DNA of 64,000 nt from Selaginella moellendorffii. Its lineage: Eukaryota > Plantae > Lycopodiophyta. Every line of letters begins with the position of its first letter. Position 1 is the stretch's first letter. The stretch covers positions 1,138,463-1,202,462 of the forward strand of contig NW_003314266.1 of assembly GCF_000143415.4 (NCBI RefSeq). The letters are read 5' to 3'. Below are positions 33,906 to 46,645 of the stretch, piece after piece. A model generated the notes under the pieces. It searched no databases and had not been told where the DNA came from. It worked only from the letters and a program-made list of their open reading frames with translations. The position numbers were made by a program, and so were the translations under genes.

Positions 33906-35084
33906 ATGGAAGAAGAAGTCGTGTACTACTCCAAGGATTTTGATTGGAATGATCTGCACGAAGAGGTGGAAAGCGCACAGGTTGGGCTTACATTATATCG
34001 TTTCCTAATGGCTTGTTCTCTTTGCCTTTGGCTAGGATTTGGCTCGCGTAGCGATTTCTAGCGAGCATACCTGTACTGCAGCCTTGGCATGGGAGAAGTT
34101 TCACAGCCGACACTGTCAAGGCATCTTCTTTAAAGTAAGCATCAGCACTGCACTGTTGCCTTACGGGCTTTCCACATTGCAGGAACGTAGGTATCTTCTC
34201 AAAGAGTTCCCTGAGCTTGGAAGATCTAATCAAGAGTTCACTGCTCTGGAGGTTGGATGTGGAGCTGGAAGTTCGGCCATTCCGATCCTGAGGTTTGATG
34301 TTGTTTGCTATTCCCTCTTACTGAAGGACGTATTTTGTTCCAGAGCAACAACAACCGCTAGAGTGTATGCTTGCGACCTCAGTGAGGCTGCCGTGAGCCT
34401 CACAAACAAAATGGGAGATAAAGCTTTGAATGAGCAAGCAACGTCGAGGCTGCGGACTTTTGTTTGCGATCCTTCCTGTGAGGCACTTCCGGCGTGGCTG
34501 GCTTGTGACGCCTGTCGAGCCTCCGACTTTGGTATCAAGAGCTTCCTTGTAAGCTGCTGCGAAGGCGGAGCAGATTTCATCACGCTGGTAAGCCTGAAAT
34601 TGTCTTGCAATTAAAACTGATTTGTCTTTTCAGATTTTCGCTCTTTCCGCGCTGGCAGATCTGGATCAAATGAGCAACCTTCTCAAAGAATGTTGCTCTG
34701 TACTCCGACCCGGTGGAATGCTTCTCTTTCGAGATTATGGTATGCTATTTCTCCGTGAAGTAAGACTCACAGTGGCAAGCTTACAGGCTTGTATGACATG
34801 ACGATGTTGAGATTTCCAGCAGACCAAAAAGTAGCTGCTAATTGCTATCGCCGTCTCGATGGTACTTTGTCGTATTTCTTCTCGTGCGAAGCCGTGCGTG
34901 ATCTCGTTACGAGTGCTGGATTGCTCGAGGTAAAACGAGGCTTGTTTCCTTGTTATTATTATTCTGTCTGTTCTTTTTCCAGGTTGAACTGGAGTACTGC
35001 TGCATTAAGCTGAATCACAAAACTAAAGTTCCTATGAAGCGAGTCTGGGTTCACGCAAAGTTCATGAAGCCCGACCATACGTAA
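33906..35084 (+). CDS. METTL6/Trm140-like tRNA m3C methyltransferase (multi-exon)
   Basis: YYSKDFDW, AWEKFHSRH..FFK|ERRYLLKEFPEL, LEVGCGAG, LRPGGMLLFRDYG|LYDMTMLRF, YRRLDGTLSYFF, MKRVWVHAKF. Confidence 0.9.
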
Positions 35085-35180
35085 GCAACTCCAGTTTCTA
35101 AGAATTCACTCCTTGATCTGAACGACTTGCTCTTTCAGTAAGAACCTCTGAATCGAGTTAATCAGTTCCTGCTGGCCGGG

Positions 35181-35564
35181 ATGGACACAACTGCTCCTGG
35201 TTCTTCTGGCGAAGGTAAATTCTCTTACGACGAGCTCTACACTTGTGAGGCTGTATCCTCCCATATGATACTACAGTCGTCAGATAATGTTAGTGTGGGA
35301 ACTGCCTCGAGTTTGATGGATCAGTGCGAGTTCATTCAAGTTTCGAGTCAAGACATGTCTACAGACGAAGCAACTCTGGTTCCAAAAGTTAAGTTTCGGG
35401 TGGTGGAAACAGAGCGGTCTCAACAGAAAACATGGGTCATTCCAAACTTCAACAAGGTACTAGAAATCTAGATTTCTTTTGTAATGACTTGACTTGGTGA
35501 CTTTCAGATCCACTGGTACGAGCCTCTACACCGTCTCAAGTGCGTGCCGTGTCTCTTCTCGTAA
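35181..35564 (+). other. Orphan spliced coding-like fragment
   Basis: ORF ending WVIPNFNK, GT-AG intron (35457-35507), IHWYEPLHRLKCVPCLFS*. Family not recognised. Confidence 0.3.
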
Positions 35565-35673
35565 GGGAGCTTCTTCGAATCTTTTCCTTTGGCTGGCTTT
35601 TCTTCCCTCGTGACTTGGGTTTTTAACTGGTCAGGGCGACTGACATGCGTCACTCCTTTTCTGGGCTTTCAGC

Positions 35674-37158
35674 ATGAACCAAGGTATGTTGTGGAGCTTG
35701 AGCTTTGTTCTTGCGGCAGCGGTGGGCTGGATAGTCCGGAGGACGATTCAATCAAGAGCCGACTCGCAACGAACAGGTGGTCCAGTACTTTATCCAGTGG
35801 TTGGGAATGTATTCGATTTCCTTCGCAACAGCCACAGGTTTCTCGAGTGGTCGACAGAGTATGTGATCAACTCTCCCTCCAATACTTTCACCACTGGGAG
35901 GTTTGGCAGCACTTTCAAAATCACTGGCAATCCCGCAACTGTGGAGCACATCTTGAAGACCAACTTCGAGAATTATCCCAAGGGAGAACACCTGAGGCAG
36001 AGCCTGACCGACTTGCTGGGAGATGGTATTTTCAATGTCGACGGGGAGCTGTGGAAGATTCAGAGGAGACTTGCGAGCTTCGAGTTCACAACGAGGTCAC
36101 TGAGGGAGTTCCTCATGGATTCCCTGGCGGACGAAGTTCACAGCCGGTTACTGCCAACTCTTGCCAGTGTTTCCCGGGATGGGAAGGAGATCGACTTACA
36201 GGACTTGTTCATGAGGTTTAACTTCGACAACATTTGCAAGCTCTCTTTCGGTGTTGATCCGGCGTGCTTGGATCCATCGTTTCCGGAGGTGAAGTTCGCG
36301 CAGGCATTTGACAAGGCAACGACGCTTAGCACGCTGCGGTTCCAAAAGATCCATCCTCTGGTGTGGAAATTAATGCGAGCTCTCAACGTTGGACCGGAAA
36401 GAGAACTCAAGGAGGTGCTGGATGTGGTGAACGAGTTTGCAGTGTCAGTGGTCCAGAAGCGGCGAGAAGAAAAAGGAAGGGTCAACCAGGACTTGCTCTC
36501 GAGGTTCATTGGACTCGACTCGACGAGCTTCTCTGACGAGTTTTTGCGGGATATCATCATAAGTTTCGTGCTCGCCGGCAAGGACACAACAGCGGTGTCA
36601 CTCTCGTGGTTCTTCTGGCTGCTCTCGAATCATCCAGGCGTTCAGCAGGAAATCATCAGGGAAGTCGGGAGTATAGTCGCGAAAGGGTCAGACAGGCCAT
36701 TCACTTACGAAGAGCTTCGGGACATGGTCTACTTGCAAGCAGCTCTGTGCGAATCAATGAGGCTCTATCCCCCAGTACCGATTGACACAAAGGTCGTGAA
36801 GAACTCGGACGTTCTCCCGGATGGTAATTCTGTGGAGAAGGGGATGAAGGTATCGTATCACGTCTACGCTATGGGAAGGATGGAGAGCTTGTGGGGGAAG
36901 GACTGCCTCGAGTTTAAGCCCGAGAGATGGATCCAGGATGGCCAGTTCGTCGCGGTCAGTCCATTCAAGTTTCCGGTATTTCAAGCCGGGCCGAGAGTGT
37001 GTCTGGGCAAAGAGATGGCCATGCTACAGATGAAGTATGTGGTGGCGGCTCTGGTACCAAAGTTTGAGCTGGTGGTGGGAAAAGAAGAGCCTTGCTACGG
37101 TATCAACATGACGCTGATCATGAAAGATGGACTTCCCGTTGTTCCCAAGCTTCGTTAG
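35674..37158 (+). CDS. CYP94: Cytochrome P450, CYP86 clan, CYP94-like, intronless
   Basis: NPATVEHILKTNFENYPKG, DLLGDGIFNVDGELWK.QR, AGKDTT, ESMRLYPPVP, FKPERW, FQAGPRVCLG heme motif. Confidence 0.93.
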   Translation: MNQGMLWSLSFVLAAAVGWIVRRTIQSRADSQRTGGPVLYPVVGNVFDFLRNSHRFLEWSTEYVINSPSNTFTTGRFGSTFKITGNPATVEHILKTNFENYPKGEHLRQSLTDLLGDGIFNVDGELWKIQRRLASFEFTTRSLREFLMDSLADEVHSRLLPTLASVSRDGKEIDLQDLFMRFNFDNICKLSFGVDPACLDPSFPEVKFAQAFDKATTLSTLRFQKIHPLVWKLMRALNVGPERELKEVLDVVNEFAVSVVQKRREEKGRVNQDLLSRFIGLDSTSFSDEFLRDIIISFVLAGKDTTAVSLSWFFWLLSNHPGVQQEIIREVGSIVAKGSDRPFTYEELRDMVYLQAALCESMRLYPPVPIDTKVVKNSDVLPDGNSVEKGMKVSYHVYAMGRMESLWGKDCLEFKPERWIQDGQFVAVSPFKFPVFQAGPRVCLGKEMAMLQMKYVVAALVPKFELVVGKEEPCYGINMTLIMKDGLPVVPKLR

Positions 37159-37757
37159 TCTGAAATTTGGTGCCAATATTCCAAATCTTTAGACATGAAA
37201 TTTTTTTATAATTCAACATTTTCAAAGTTCAGCAAACAGTCAAACATATGGGGAGTCAACTGAAGGAAAGAAGTTTTGAACAACTTAATTCCGGAGCTCG
37301 GAGCCCGTGAATGATGTGTACCATTTTGGAAACTGGTGAATAATGCAATATTTGTTTAAGGGGAACTTGCCACTGAACAAAAATTCACGACTTCAACACG
37401 TCTCTAATGCACTCGTATATGTTGAGGGTGGTCACTCCGTCACAGTAACCTATGCAAATTGTCTTTAGATTTAGATGGAACAAGATGCATGCAACTGGGA
37501 ACGTACCTAGCATGACTGACCAAATTTTAGCTGGATTTCTTCTGAGTGATTTTGGGTTCCCAGGGCTAGAGTTAGAACACAACACCAGATCGTCTCCTAT
37601 TGCAGCAACAATCGTAGCAGAATAAGTTGTGTGCTTTCAATACGTGTTTTATTTAAAAGATAAGTTCTAGAGTGATCGAATGCTACGAGCAAGAAAAGGG
37701 TTAGGAACATTTCATCCGCTTTGCTGTTTACGGCTTTGACTATGTTTGACTTTCGCA

Positions 37758-38030
37758 GAACTGGGAGACTGGATCTTCAACGCTGGTGGACACCGGATGC
37801 AGAGAAAACTAGTGTTTAGACTTGCAGGACGTGTTCTTGCGGTTTGCATTTGACAGCATCCATCCGGTGTCTGAAAGCTCAAGAGGGGCTCCGAGAAGCA
37901 AGGCGTTGGAAGTTGTCAATGGCGTATGTGACTGCTGTATAGGTGGTAAGTAGCAGGTTAGAAAAACAGGATGGCAGTCCTGGTAAGTCCTGACTTTCAG
38001 CCAGGATTTACTTTGTCGCTTCATCTTACA
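37758..38030 (+). pseudogene. Collapsed CYP94 relic
   Basis: Pieces LGD.IFNA, LDLQDVFLRFAFDSI, LEVVNG and QDLLCRF in correct order, with large deletions. Confidence 0.7.
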
Positions 38031-38306
38031 TTCGTCCTCGTTCTTGGGGATATGATGGTGGCGCGATGGGTTCTTCTGGCTCTTGTCAAAGCATAACGAA
38101 GTAACATTGTTCTCGGTATAACGTTAACGATGAAGGCTGGGTCTAAGAGAGTTGGTAGCCTGCAAATAGTAGAACATAGAGGAAAAAGAAAAGTATGAAG
38201 CATATACCGCATTTGCCGGCCCTATCTACTTCCAAACAAACCAAGAGGCTCTTGTATCGAGAGGAGGTGAGGAGACGCTTATTTTTCGGTGCTGCGGCAG
38301 CGAGAT

Positions 38307-38995
38307 ATGGAGCAAGGTACTTTAGCTGCTGCTTTGCTGATTTCCTGTGTTGGTTTCTTCGTCTGGTTCTACCTGAAAAGTCGACATGGTAATGGTGAGT
38401 TTGTTCCCCGAATGTATCCTCTTCTGGGAACAATGCCTCAGCTGCTGAAAAACAAGGACAGGATTCTCAAATGGACTACTGAGTACCTTGTCAAGTCTCC
38501 CGGACACACCACCACGTTGAAGCGAGGAGCGAAGCCCTTCAAGCTCACGTCCAACGCTCAGAACGTAGAGTACATCCTCAAGACCAACGTCGACAAGTAT
38601 CCAAAGGGAGACTATGTGTGTGACACGCTGAGAGATCTTCTTGGAGATGGTATCTTCAATGCTGACGCTGGCCTGTGGAAGCTGCAGAGAAAACTTGCGA
38701 GTTACGAGGTCTCTACACGACTACCTCATGGATTCTGTGGCCGAGAAGATTGAAAAGAGGCTGCTTCCAACGATTGCAAGCGTTTGTGGCCGACGAGTCG
38801 ACTTGCAAGACGTGTTCATGCGGTTCGCCTTCGACAGCATTTGCAAGCTCGCATTCGGAGTCGATCCTATGTGCTTGGATCCGTCGTTTCCCACGATTGC
38901 GTTATTCGACGAGTCCACGAGGTTAAGCACTGAAAGGTTTTACCAAGTGCATTCCTTACTCTGGAAGATCAAGAGGTACTTCAACGTTGGCAGCG
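38307..38995 (+). pseudogene. 5' half of a CYP94 paralog, frameshifted and truncated
   Basis: MEQGTL..NVEYILKTN..DLLGDGIFNAD..QRKLASYE, frameshift at ~38706, DLQDVFMRFAFDSICKLAFGVDP..WKIKRYFNVGS, then an abrupt end. Confidence 0.9.
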
Positions 38996-39590
38996 CTGGC
39001 CCCCCGACTTCTCGCGATACAACTGGAGGTCAGCTTCACACCAACTTTACCAACGGGCATTTCAGTGCATCACCAATCATTGGCTGTACGTAAAATGCAA
39101 AACCAAATGTCGAAATAGCTTGAGTGATAGAGCCTAAATCCACTGATATGTCTCAGATAACAAGAATGACTAAATACAATCGAAACTTGCCTATAGTTGT
39201 GAAGCCGACAGTTTCCGTTTTTCACCGCAGGAAGCTTGAACCTGATAGCACCTATGACCCTTATGACGAGCAGCCAGATGACAATCGATGCTCCTAGAGT
39301 TGCAAAAAATTCAAGCTGCATTGGAGAAGTTAAATCACAATGAAAAATATTGTGAAATCTATACCTGTCTCATTCTTTCCACCAGGGAAAGTGGAGCAAC
39401 AATGAAGACAACGGACAGGATCATAAGCACATGCCCACTACCTGTTAGCCAGGAAGGAGCATTGGAAGTGATGTTTTCAATGCCAATGACAGCAACTTCA
39501 CTGGCTTGCCTATAATGGTCCCAATGAGCAGAACCACTATTCTAATTTCTGTAGCACTGTGTCAAGCCTGGAGGATGCGTTGGGTACGTG
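38996..39590 (-). pseudogene. Amino-acid transporter (Aa_trans/AVT-like) internal fragment
   Basis: Spliced pieces MILSVVFIVAPLSLVERMRQ|LEFFATLGASIVIWLL and AISTFGFAFYVQPM. Confidence 0.55.
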
Positions 39591-40398
39591 ACACAGAAGT
39601 CTACATCGAGAGAAAAGAAATCCATGGAGATTAGACCAATGTTCCCATGTGAAGCGGCCACTAAGAGATATTCCATGACGCCTCCAGGGAAAATCTTCTA
39701 AGGCTTCACTGGATGAGCCTGTATGAATTTGCCTTCTGTAGTTTGTGACATTGAGTGGTCTCGACTTGCCATTTCGGCATTTACATTTTTAGTATTGTTT
39801 TGATGTAGGATATCTAAAAAAGAAATGTATTCACACTAAAGAAAATTTTATTATATATTGTGGTGTAGATCTTTTTTGAGCTCTTAAAAACACTAAAAAA
39901 TAAATCTATATACATTTTGTTTTATTACTAAGAAAATAATCCACAAAAAATAATAGTATTTTCCATTGGTCTTTATTTATAATAATTTTTTTCCTTTGCT
40001 AGATATACAACTAAAGAAAATAAAAATTATAAAATAGCAACATACTATAATTAAAAATATAGTGAAATACATAAATAAATAGTTTTTAATGATTCAAAAA
40101 ATGAACAGGGATTTAATAAACTTAAAGAAATTATTTTAAGTTTCTTAAGAGTTTATAAAGGTCATTAATTTTTAAAAATTAACTTTTCTGTTGAGAGATA
40201 ACTAATTTTTTATTATATGTTAAAACATTATTTAAGTTTGAAATAATAAACTCATAAAGTCATGAATATATATATATATTATTTTTGTTTTCTTTCCATT
40301 TATTTTCTAAGTTGTAGATTATAATAATAATATACACTATTTTCATTAACTAAACTAGATAAAACAGAAGAATTTTAAAATTTGTAAATAGAAGTGCA

Positions 40399-40424
40399 CT
40401 AGCAGGGAACCCAGCTCCGCTGGG
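40399..40424 (-). mobile_element. Helitron-type 3' terminus (hairpin + CTAG|T)
   Basis: Minus strand: cccagc-gga-gctggg ttccctg CTAG t. Confidence 0.7.
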
Positions 40425-41349
40425 ATAGTTAGATGCTAATTCTAAAAAGAGAACAATTTATTAAAACTTGCTTAAGTTCAATATGTAACAAGCACTTGGT
40501 TTATTTAGTTTTTACTTAGTGATTGCAACCAAACACTATTTCTTAAATGGTTTACTGGAATAGAATAATACAAGCTTGGACTCAAAGCTTAAAAGAATTA
40601 TTCAACACATGAAGAGGTGGCTTAATCATATTCCTCAATTTGGTATATTATTTAGGCATTCTAGATCAGGTTCATCACCTTCTATAAGCTCATTGGGGTT
40701 GAGCAATAGACTACTAAGCATTTTCCATCTCAAGGTATTTTTAATTTATGCCCATGTGAATAAGGAGTAATTCCCTTAGGGTGGGGTTCTATGCTCCACC
40801 CACCTGGAAATTTCTCCTCACCCCCTCCCCCCCCCCAAAAATAACTTTCCCCTCCTTATTTTTTTAATGGTTACATTACATGTAACCCTCTTTTTTATAT
40901 GCCACATAAGGTTACATATTAGCTTCTTTTTTTCCACATCATAATGGATTAGGGTGCCATTTTTTATTACCCTAAATTGAGTGCATAGCATGCCATAGCT
41001 TGGCAATTCTTCCTTGGCAATCATTTCCCATGCTGTAGAGATTGTGATGAGGTACTTAAATTTGGTAGAGTTGTTCTTTCTGGAGGAGGACATAATCTTA
41101 GTTCCAGTTTCAAGAAAGTTTTTGTTCATTCGAATGGTGGAGGAAGCGATTGCTATAGTACTTTCTATGCCATGTCCTACTACAACTTCATTTATTGAAA
41201 GAGTGATCACTAAAAAGGAGTTTCTAGGGCTATTGATCAGTGTGGATTACATCAAGCCAAGAAGTTTCCACTAGTAGTATCAAACAGAGCTTCAGGTTCT
41301 CCATATTTTGTGGAAACCCACAAAGATTCAGAGAAGTTTTTTAGTATCT

Positions 41350-42000
41350 ACATTCACTTTTTTTTGTGACCAGCTTGCTCCAAAATTGGCTAGGAGGCCT
41401 TCTCCAGGTTTGGCAAAAATACCAAAGTAGCACTTAGCTATTTCAAAGCAAGTAGTTATTGCTTTGAAACGCTTGGCATTCGGGGATACATGGCAAATAA
41501 TTGGTGATGCATTTAGAGTGGCTTCATGCACTCAAGCTTGTCTATGCTAATTCAGGTATTCATTGCTTGAGCATGAAGGACTAATGATCCATTGGTAGAT
41601 GAGGAGGGAATAAATGAAGTTATAGCATGATTTTAGAGATTGCATGGATTACCAAATTGTTGTGGTGATATGGCAATTGAGCTCCTAGGATCAGAGGATG
41701 CAATAGATTGGTATGCTAGGGCAAAAAAGTACTACTCAATGGTAATTCAAATTGTGCTGACAAAGGATAAAAGTGTGCTTTACTGGTTTTGGTCTTATAT
41801 CCAAACAAATTTCATGGCAAAGAGCAATACAACTTTCTTCATTCTTCTATGAGGATTGTTGTCAAGCAATCTTTTGGAATTTTAAAGAGGCAATGGAAAT
41901 TGCTTGGTTAGAAGGGATTTAGAGGACATCTAGGCATCCTTGCGAACAACATCATGTCTTGCTGTGTGCTGCATACCTTGATGATCACAAGGAATGACAG
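41350..42000 (+). mobile_element. PIF/Harbinger DDE transposase relic
   Basis: IGDAF, HGLPNCCG..WYARAKKYYSMVIQ, VVKQSFGILKRQWKLL, IMSCCVLH. Confidence 0.8.
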
Positions 42001-43959
42001 GTTCATGGAAAATTTTGACCCTAATAGATCTAACTACAATGTAGACTACCTTCCATAGATTTTATTGTGAGAATGAAGTGGTCAGTTATATGGATCTCCA
42101 AAAAGTTTTAATACCACATTAAACTCTTAAGGGCATTCATGTATAAGCTAAACACAATGGACATCCTTATTTAATGCAAATAGTGCATTCAATCTATTTA
42201 ACTCCTTGATAGTCTGCAAGAATAATGACATATTTATTCAATGACTACTAATGGTGTGTTAATTTGTTGTAGCTATTGAAATAATTTATCATAGGAAACT
42301 GTGTTGACTAAGTTTTATATATCAAGACAATCCCCTATACCATATTTTTGAATTGTCCATGAAGTTGTGAGTTTCATTGCTACAGTTATCATGTGTCATT
42401 CTGTTTTTTTAAATGCTATTAGAAAAGGGAGGGATTCCTTTGGCTTCAAAAAGTGCTAGTAACTATGCTAAGTTGGTACTTGAACGTATATAAAACACCT
42501 ATTGTTATAGGATAAAATGTGATGAGCACATAGTGCATTAGGAAGTCATTATTTGTTACTGAATATTTGTTTCATTCCTCTCTAAGAAGGAACACTTGTC
42601 CCATCAACTACACCCTTTTACTCTTTATAGTTGCAAATCTAAAAGAATGCCCTCTTGTGCCAATGATTCCTTCTTCCAATTAATACATCATTTTAGCAAC
42701 ACACTTGTGAGATATGTTTACCCTCTATCATAGGTTCACTTTAGTAAAAAAGAATACCTTTCCAAAGTAGTTTATCAAACTATTAAGCTTAATTCCAGAA
42801 AGTAAAGCCAAATTGAAAAACTGTTACCAAGAATATATATTTTGAAATAGGGGCTAGATTAAAGTAAAGTAAGGAAACTTCATATGAGAAAAATATCCTT
42901 GAGAAAATTAAAAAAAACTGTAAGTATTTGAGTTTTGATTTCTTATTTACCCATCCCTCAAGTTAGTGACATGACTTTCTAGATGCCCAAAGTTAAATAT
43001 CTTCTTGAAAACCCTATCATGCAAATACGTTAGCCAAGTAAATTCTATGGGACTTTCTTTTGGATTTCTTTTGTTTCCAAGGTCAAATAGTAGGAACATC
43101 AAGAATACACTTCAGGAATGAGACTTCTTCAAAAGAGCATATAATTTTTACTACAACTTACTAATGATCCATCCAAGCTAATAATTTGAAATATATGTTA
43201 TTCATTTTTATTCATATTTTGGGTTTGTGTTTAATATATGTTATTTTATTAAAACTGACTAATTTATTTTAATGAAACATTAAAACCATAATTACATCTA
43301 TCCATAAAGTAAATTATATTAATCATGTAGCTTAATTTATAGTTGTAATAAATAATATAAAATTGTAAGTTTAAAGCTGATTAATTTAACTTTTAAATCG
43401 ATTGTAAGAATTTCATTAGAAATATTAAATCAAGCTAAACAATATTATGCAGAAGATAATAAAATATTGTTTTTTATTCTTTGAATTTACTCTCACAGAC
43501 AATTCACCTAAAATCATAATTATTTTCTATTTTTTAAATATTTATTTTCAGATATAACTATTTGATTTTGGTTTGATTTGTTTATTGATTTAGTATATAT
43601 AAAAAAATTTTAATGTACTCTTAAATATCTCTTCTTTCTTTACAAATCCACAATAATAGTAGAATATGTTCTTATGAATATTTTTAATATAATATAATTT
43701 TTATCAAACATCACAAAACTATGTAAGACAATGCATATGGCTTTTACCTTCAAGGCTTTGTTGTAAGCAGTGTTGGGGAAGTTGATGGGGAAAGCCTGAA
43801 TGCCTTGGTTGACAATGTAGTACAAGGAGAAAATCTCATCCACATCGAGACTGGAGTCTTTCCTATATAAAATGTAGAGGACAGTTAGAGTACGTGAACT
43901 GTCATATCAGAAAAAACCAGTATCAAAGAGAAAATAAGACAGAGAGGAAGTAAACATCA

Positions 43960-44470
43960 CTTACCCTTCTCATCTCAGTAAGAAGAACAATCTTATGCTC
44001 TGTAGGCCACCTTGCAAGGCATGCTGTTGTAGGGGCACGTACTGCTTAAGAGCTTTGGGATTGTTCACAGTGACTCAGTAAGCTTCTGGAGCTTCAAGTA
44101 GCTCTCTTCAGTTAATCTCGCAAAACAGATTTCGTCCAATGAGCACAACAGCGCTCTTTGGCCATCCTGTCTCAAAGCTGTCTTTGGAGAGCACGAATTT
44201 GCATGCCTCTGGTGTGGCAACCAGGACGGTGGGCTGCTAGAACAGAAATGCCTTGTAAAACCCACTCGATTATACCTGAAACCAAGAAGTGACCCATGAA
44301 AGAGTATGGTAATCCAGACTTGAAGGCTCTGAGAAAAGCAGCCATGTTGATAAAGACGGGCCATCCAAGCGGACCCAGTGGAAGTGGAGGCTGTCCCGGC
44401 TTTAGCACCGGCTCATAGTACCACTTGTGTAAAAATCTCGAGAATGTCGGCAAAGCAGTCACTGCCATGT
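43960..44470 (-). pseudogene. CYP88 (ent-kaurenoic acid oxidase-like) 5' fragment
   Basis: WYYEPVLKPGQPPLPLGPLGWPVFINMAAFLRAFKSG.P.SF; RYNRVGFYKAFLF*QPTVLVATPEACKFVL..FETGWPKS..LIGR. Contains stops and frameshifts. Confidence 0.8.
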
Positions 44471-44984
44471 TGCTTTCCAGTGATAGAGGAGGAAGAACCC
44501 CATAATGGTACAGCGTTGGCACTCAACTATGGCGTCTGATTAATTGAGCAGCCAGTCACGTTCATATTAGTGGCTCCAGTGACGATAACTCGAGAGCACC
44601 ACTGCTGTATTGGCAGTGCATTCCTCGTTGGGAAATTTCAAGCAAATACTGGATATTTTGATCGGCTCCAAAACTGTAAACACAAAATTTCAGGATTGTA
44701 TCCCCAGGCAACCATAAATTCTCTGCCTTTCATTATTAGAGCTCAACACTGAATCTCAGTAGTTTCCAATCAAAAGAACCAAAATAAATAAATCCCAGCC
44801 TTTCTGCCACTCCTGGGAATAAGAAGGGAGACCTGCAATAGGAAAACCAGGCTGTAAAACACACAAGAACCTCCAAAAGCTCATTCATTGGAAATAAGAA
44901 CAACTACTTTTTCTAGAATTCGACATATTCTACTTTACCATAAATTACCTGGACACAGTGTCATGAGTTTAAGGTTGATTAAAC

Positions 44985-45862
44985 CTGCAATCCTTAAACT
45001 CATGGTCTCATCCCCGACTTCTGTAGCAATAGCTCCTCCCATGGATATGCTTAGAGTGTCCGAATGTCTACTTCAATGCCATAATTTCTCGCAAAGACAA
45101 TGAAACTATGAAACGATAGCAATGAAACTATAACTCTGATATCATGTCCTGCAGAAATAAGTTTCTTGCCAATAAGGTCTGTCCGCAGAAAGAAAACCGA
45201 TGAATGACATGATCACCTGTGTCGCATTGAAGGCACGTTTTAAATATTTCAACGTCCAGGCAAGTATCACTAATCCGCATAGTGGAAGCTAGCAAGGAAA
45301 GAAAACCACAGTTTGTCTGACCTGATAAAAAAATTGGGCCAGTGCAAAACCTCCTAGACGACCTTTGCCAGTCCCAACAAAAGAACAACTTCCTCTCCAA
45401 TCTGGAAGAAGCAAGTAATCAGATTTGAATGAAAGGATATGAATTTCAGTACCTTCAAATCAGGGGTGACGATGAGTGTAATGTCTGGACAAGTTACATA
45501 CGACTAATGACGAGATTCGCAAGTGCCTTGACAGTTTCACCACCTGCTTGAACAGCCATTGACAAGCTGTCCTTTCCACCTTCTATTGCAACCTCAAGCT
45601 CGATCACAGTGTCACGAAGAGCAACAGCAGGATTGTACATATATTTCGGAATCAAGTTCAACCTGCAAAGTTAAACAGATCATAAGGTGTGTAAACACAA
45701 TTAAGATGAGAGTACCTTAGCCCAAACAAGATTCGTCAAAGCTTCTCCAAGCGCCAGCCTAGCCATAGCTGCAGCATTCAGCAGTCCCTGCAAATTGTCT
45801 TCAGAAAAAAGTAAAGAATTTTAAATCTACCTTGATCGGTTGTTCACCAATAGCGCATGCAG
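44985..45862 (-). pseudogene. FGAM synthase (PurL) internal multi-exon fragment
   Basis: ACAIGEQPIK|GLLNAAAMARLALGEALTNLVWAK|..AIEGGKDSLSMA..GETVKA..YVTCPDITLIVTPDLK|..LGGFALAQ..ISAGHDI. Introns retained. Confidence 0.88.
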
Positions 45863-45899
45863 CATGTTGCACTTAGCAAGCTTGGACACATCCTTGACA

Positions 45900-46470
45900 T
45901 GTTCATGGAGTCACATGAAACCATGGAGTTTGTGGATGCGTCGCTTCTTCCACCTCACAGCCAGCTCCTGGAGAACGTTTGTGGCTTGCAGAGACTTTGG
46001 AATCTGGCCGGATGGGAAATACAGGGGCGAGGATCCGGCCAGCACACAGCAAAAATGTTTAGAGACAAACCAATGACAAAGGTTTTTTTGCACCTTGGGT
46101 TTGCAATAATCTATGAAAGACCATCGCAGTCTCTTGATCTTCCAAAGTCATTTCAAACAATGACATGACCACTGAGTGAGTATAAATATCCTTCCTTCAA
46201 CAAGACTGTATGGCACAGAAAATGTGGCGAACAGGAGTGGTTGCCAGTGGGGAAGTCGTCATGGAGCTGGAGCTTATGTTCTTCAGACTGTCCACCTTTG
46301 ACCTGTCCCAGGCAAGGTGCGTGTGTCGCGAATAGCGATGAGCAATCCACGATCCTGGCTTTCGCAAATGGTATGCACACGCCCACCAAAGGCAGCTTGT
46401 CCTGTATGAATTTGCCCGATTGCCCTAAAAAATTTCACTTGATTTGGAGCGTCATTAATTGAAGCGTTGC
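45900..46470 (-). pseudogene. Unidentified coding-like fragment (F-box-associated-like)
   Basis: Higher-GC block reading KFIQDKLPLVG..ARIVDC and EGYLYSLSG; weak. Confidence 0.2.
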
Positions 46471-46618
46471 CACTCCTTTAGCACTTCATCCATGCCATCT
46501 ATTTGAAGTTTTTGAATTTCAGCCATTAGATTATAAGCATATTCAGAAATAATATTCTAAAAATGGAATAAAAGACGCCGGATGCCATATGCCAATAGCA
46601 TGTTTAAATAAGGGAGTA

Positions 46619-46645
46619 CTAGCAAAAGTCCCAGCTACGCTGGGA
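46619..46645 (-). mobile_element. Helitron-type 3' terminus (hairpin + CTAG|T)
   Basis: Minus strand: tcccagc-gta-gctggga cttttg CTAG t. Confidence 0.72.
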
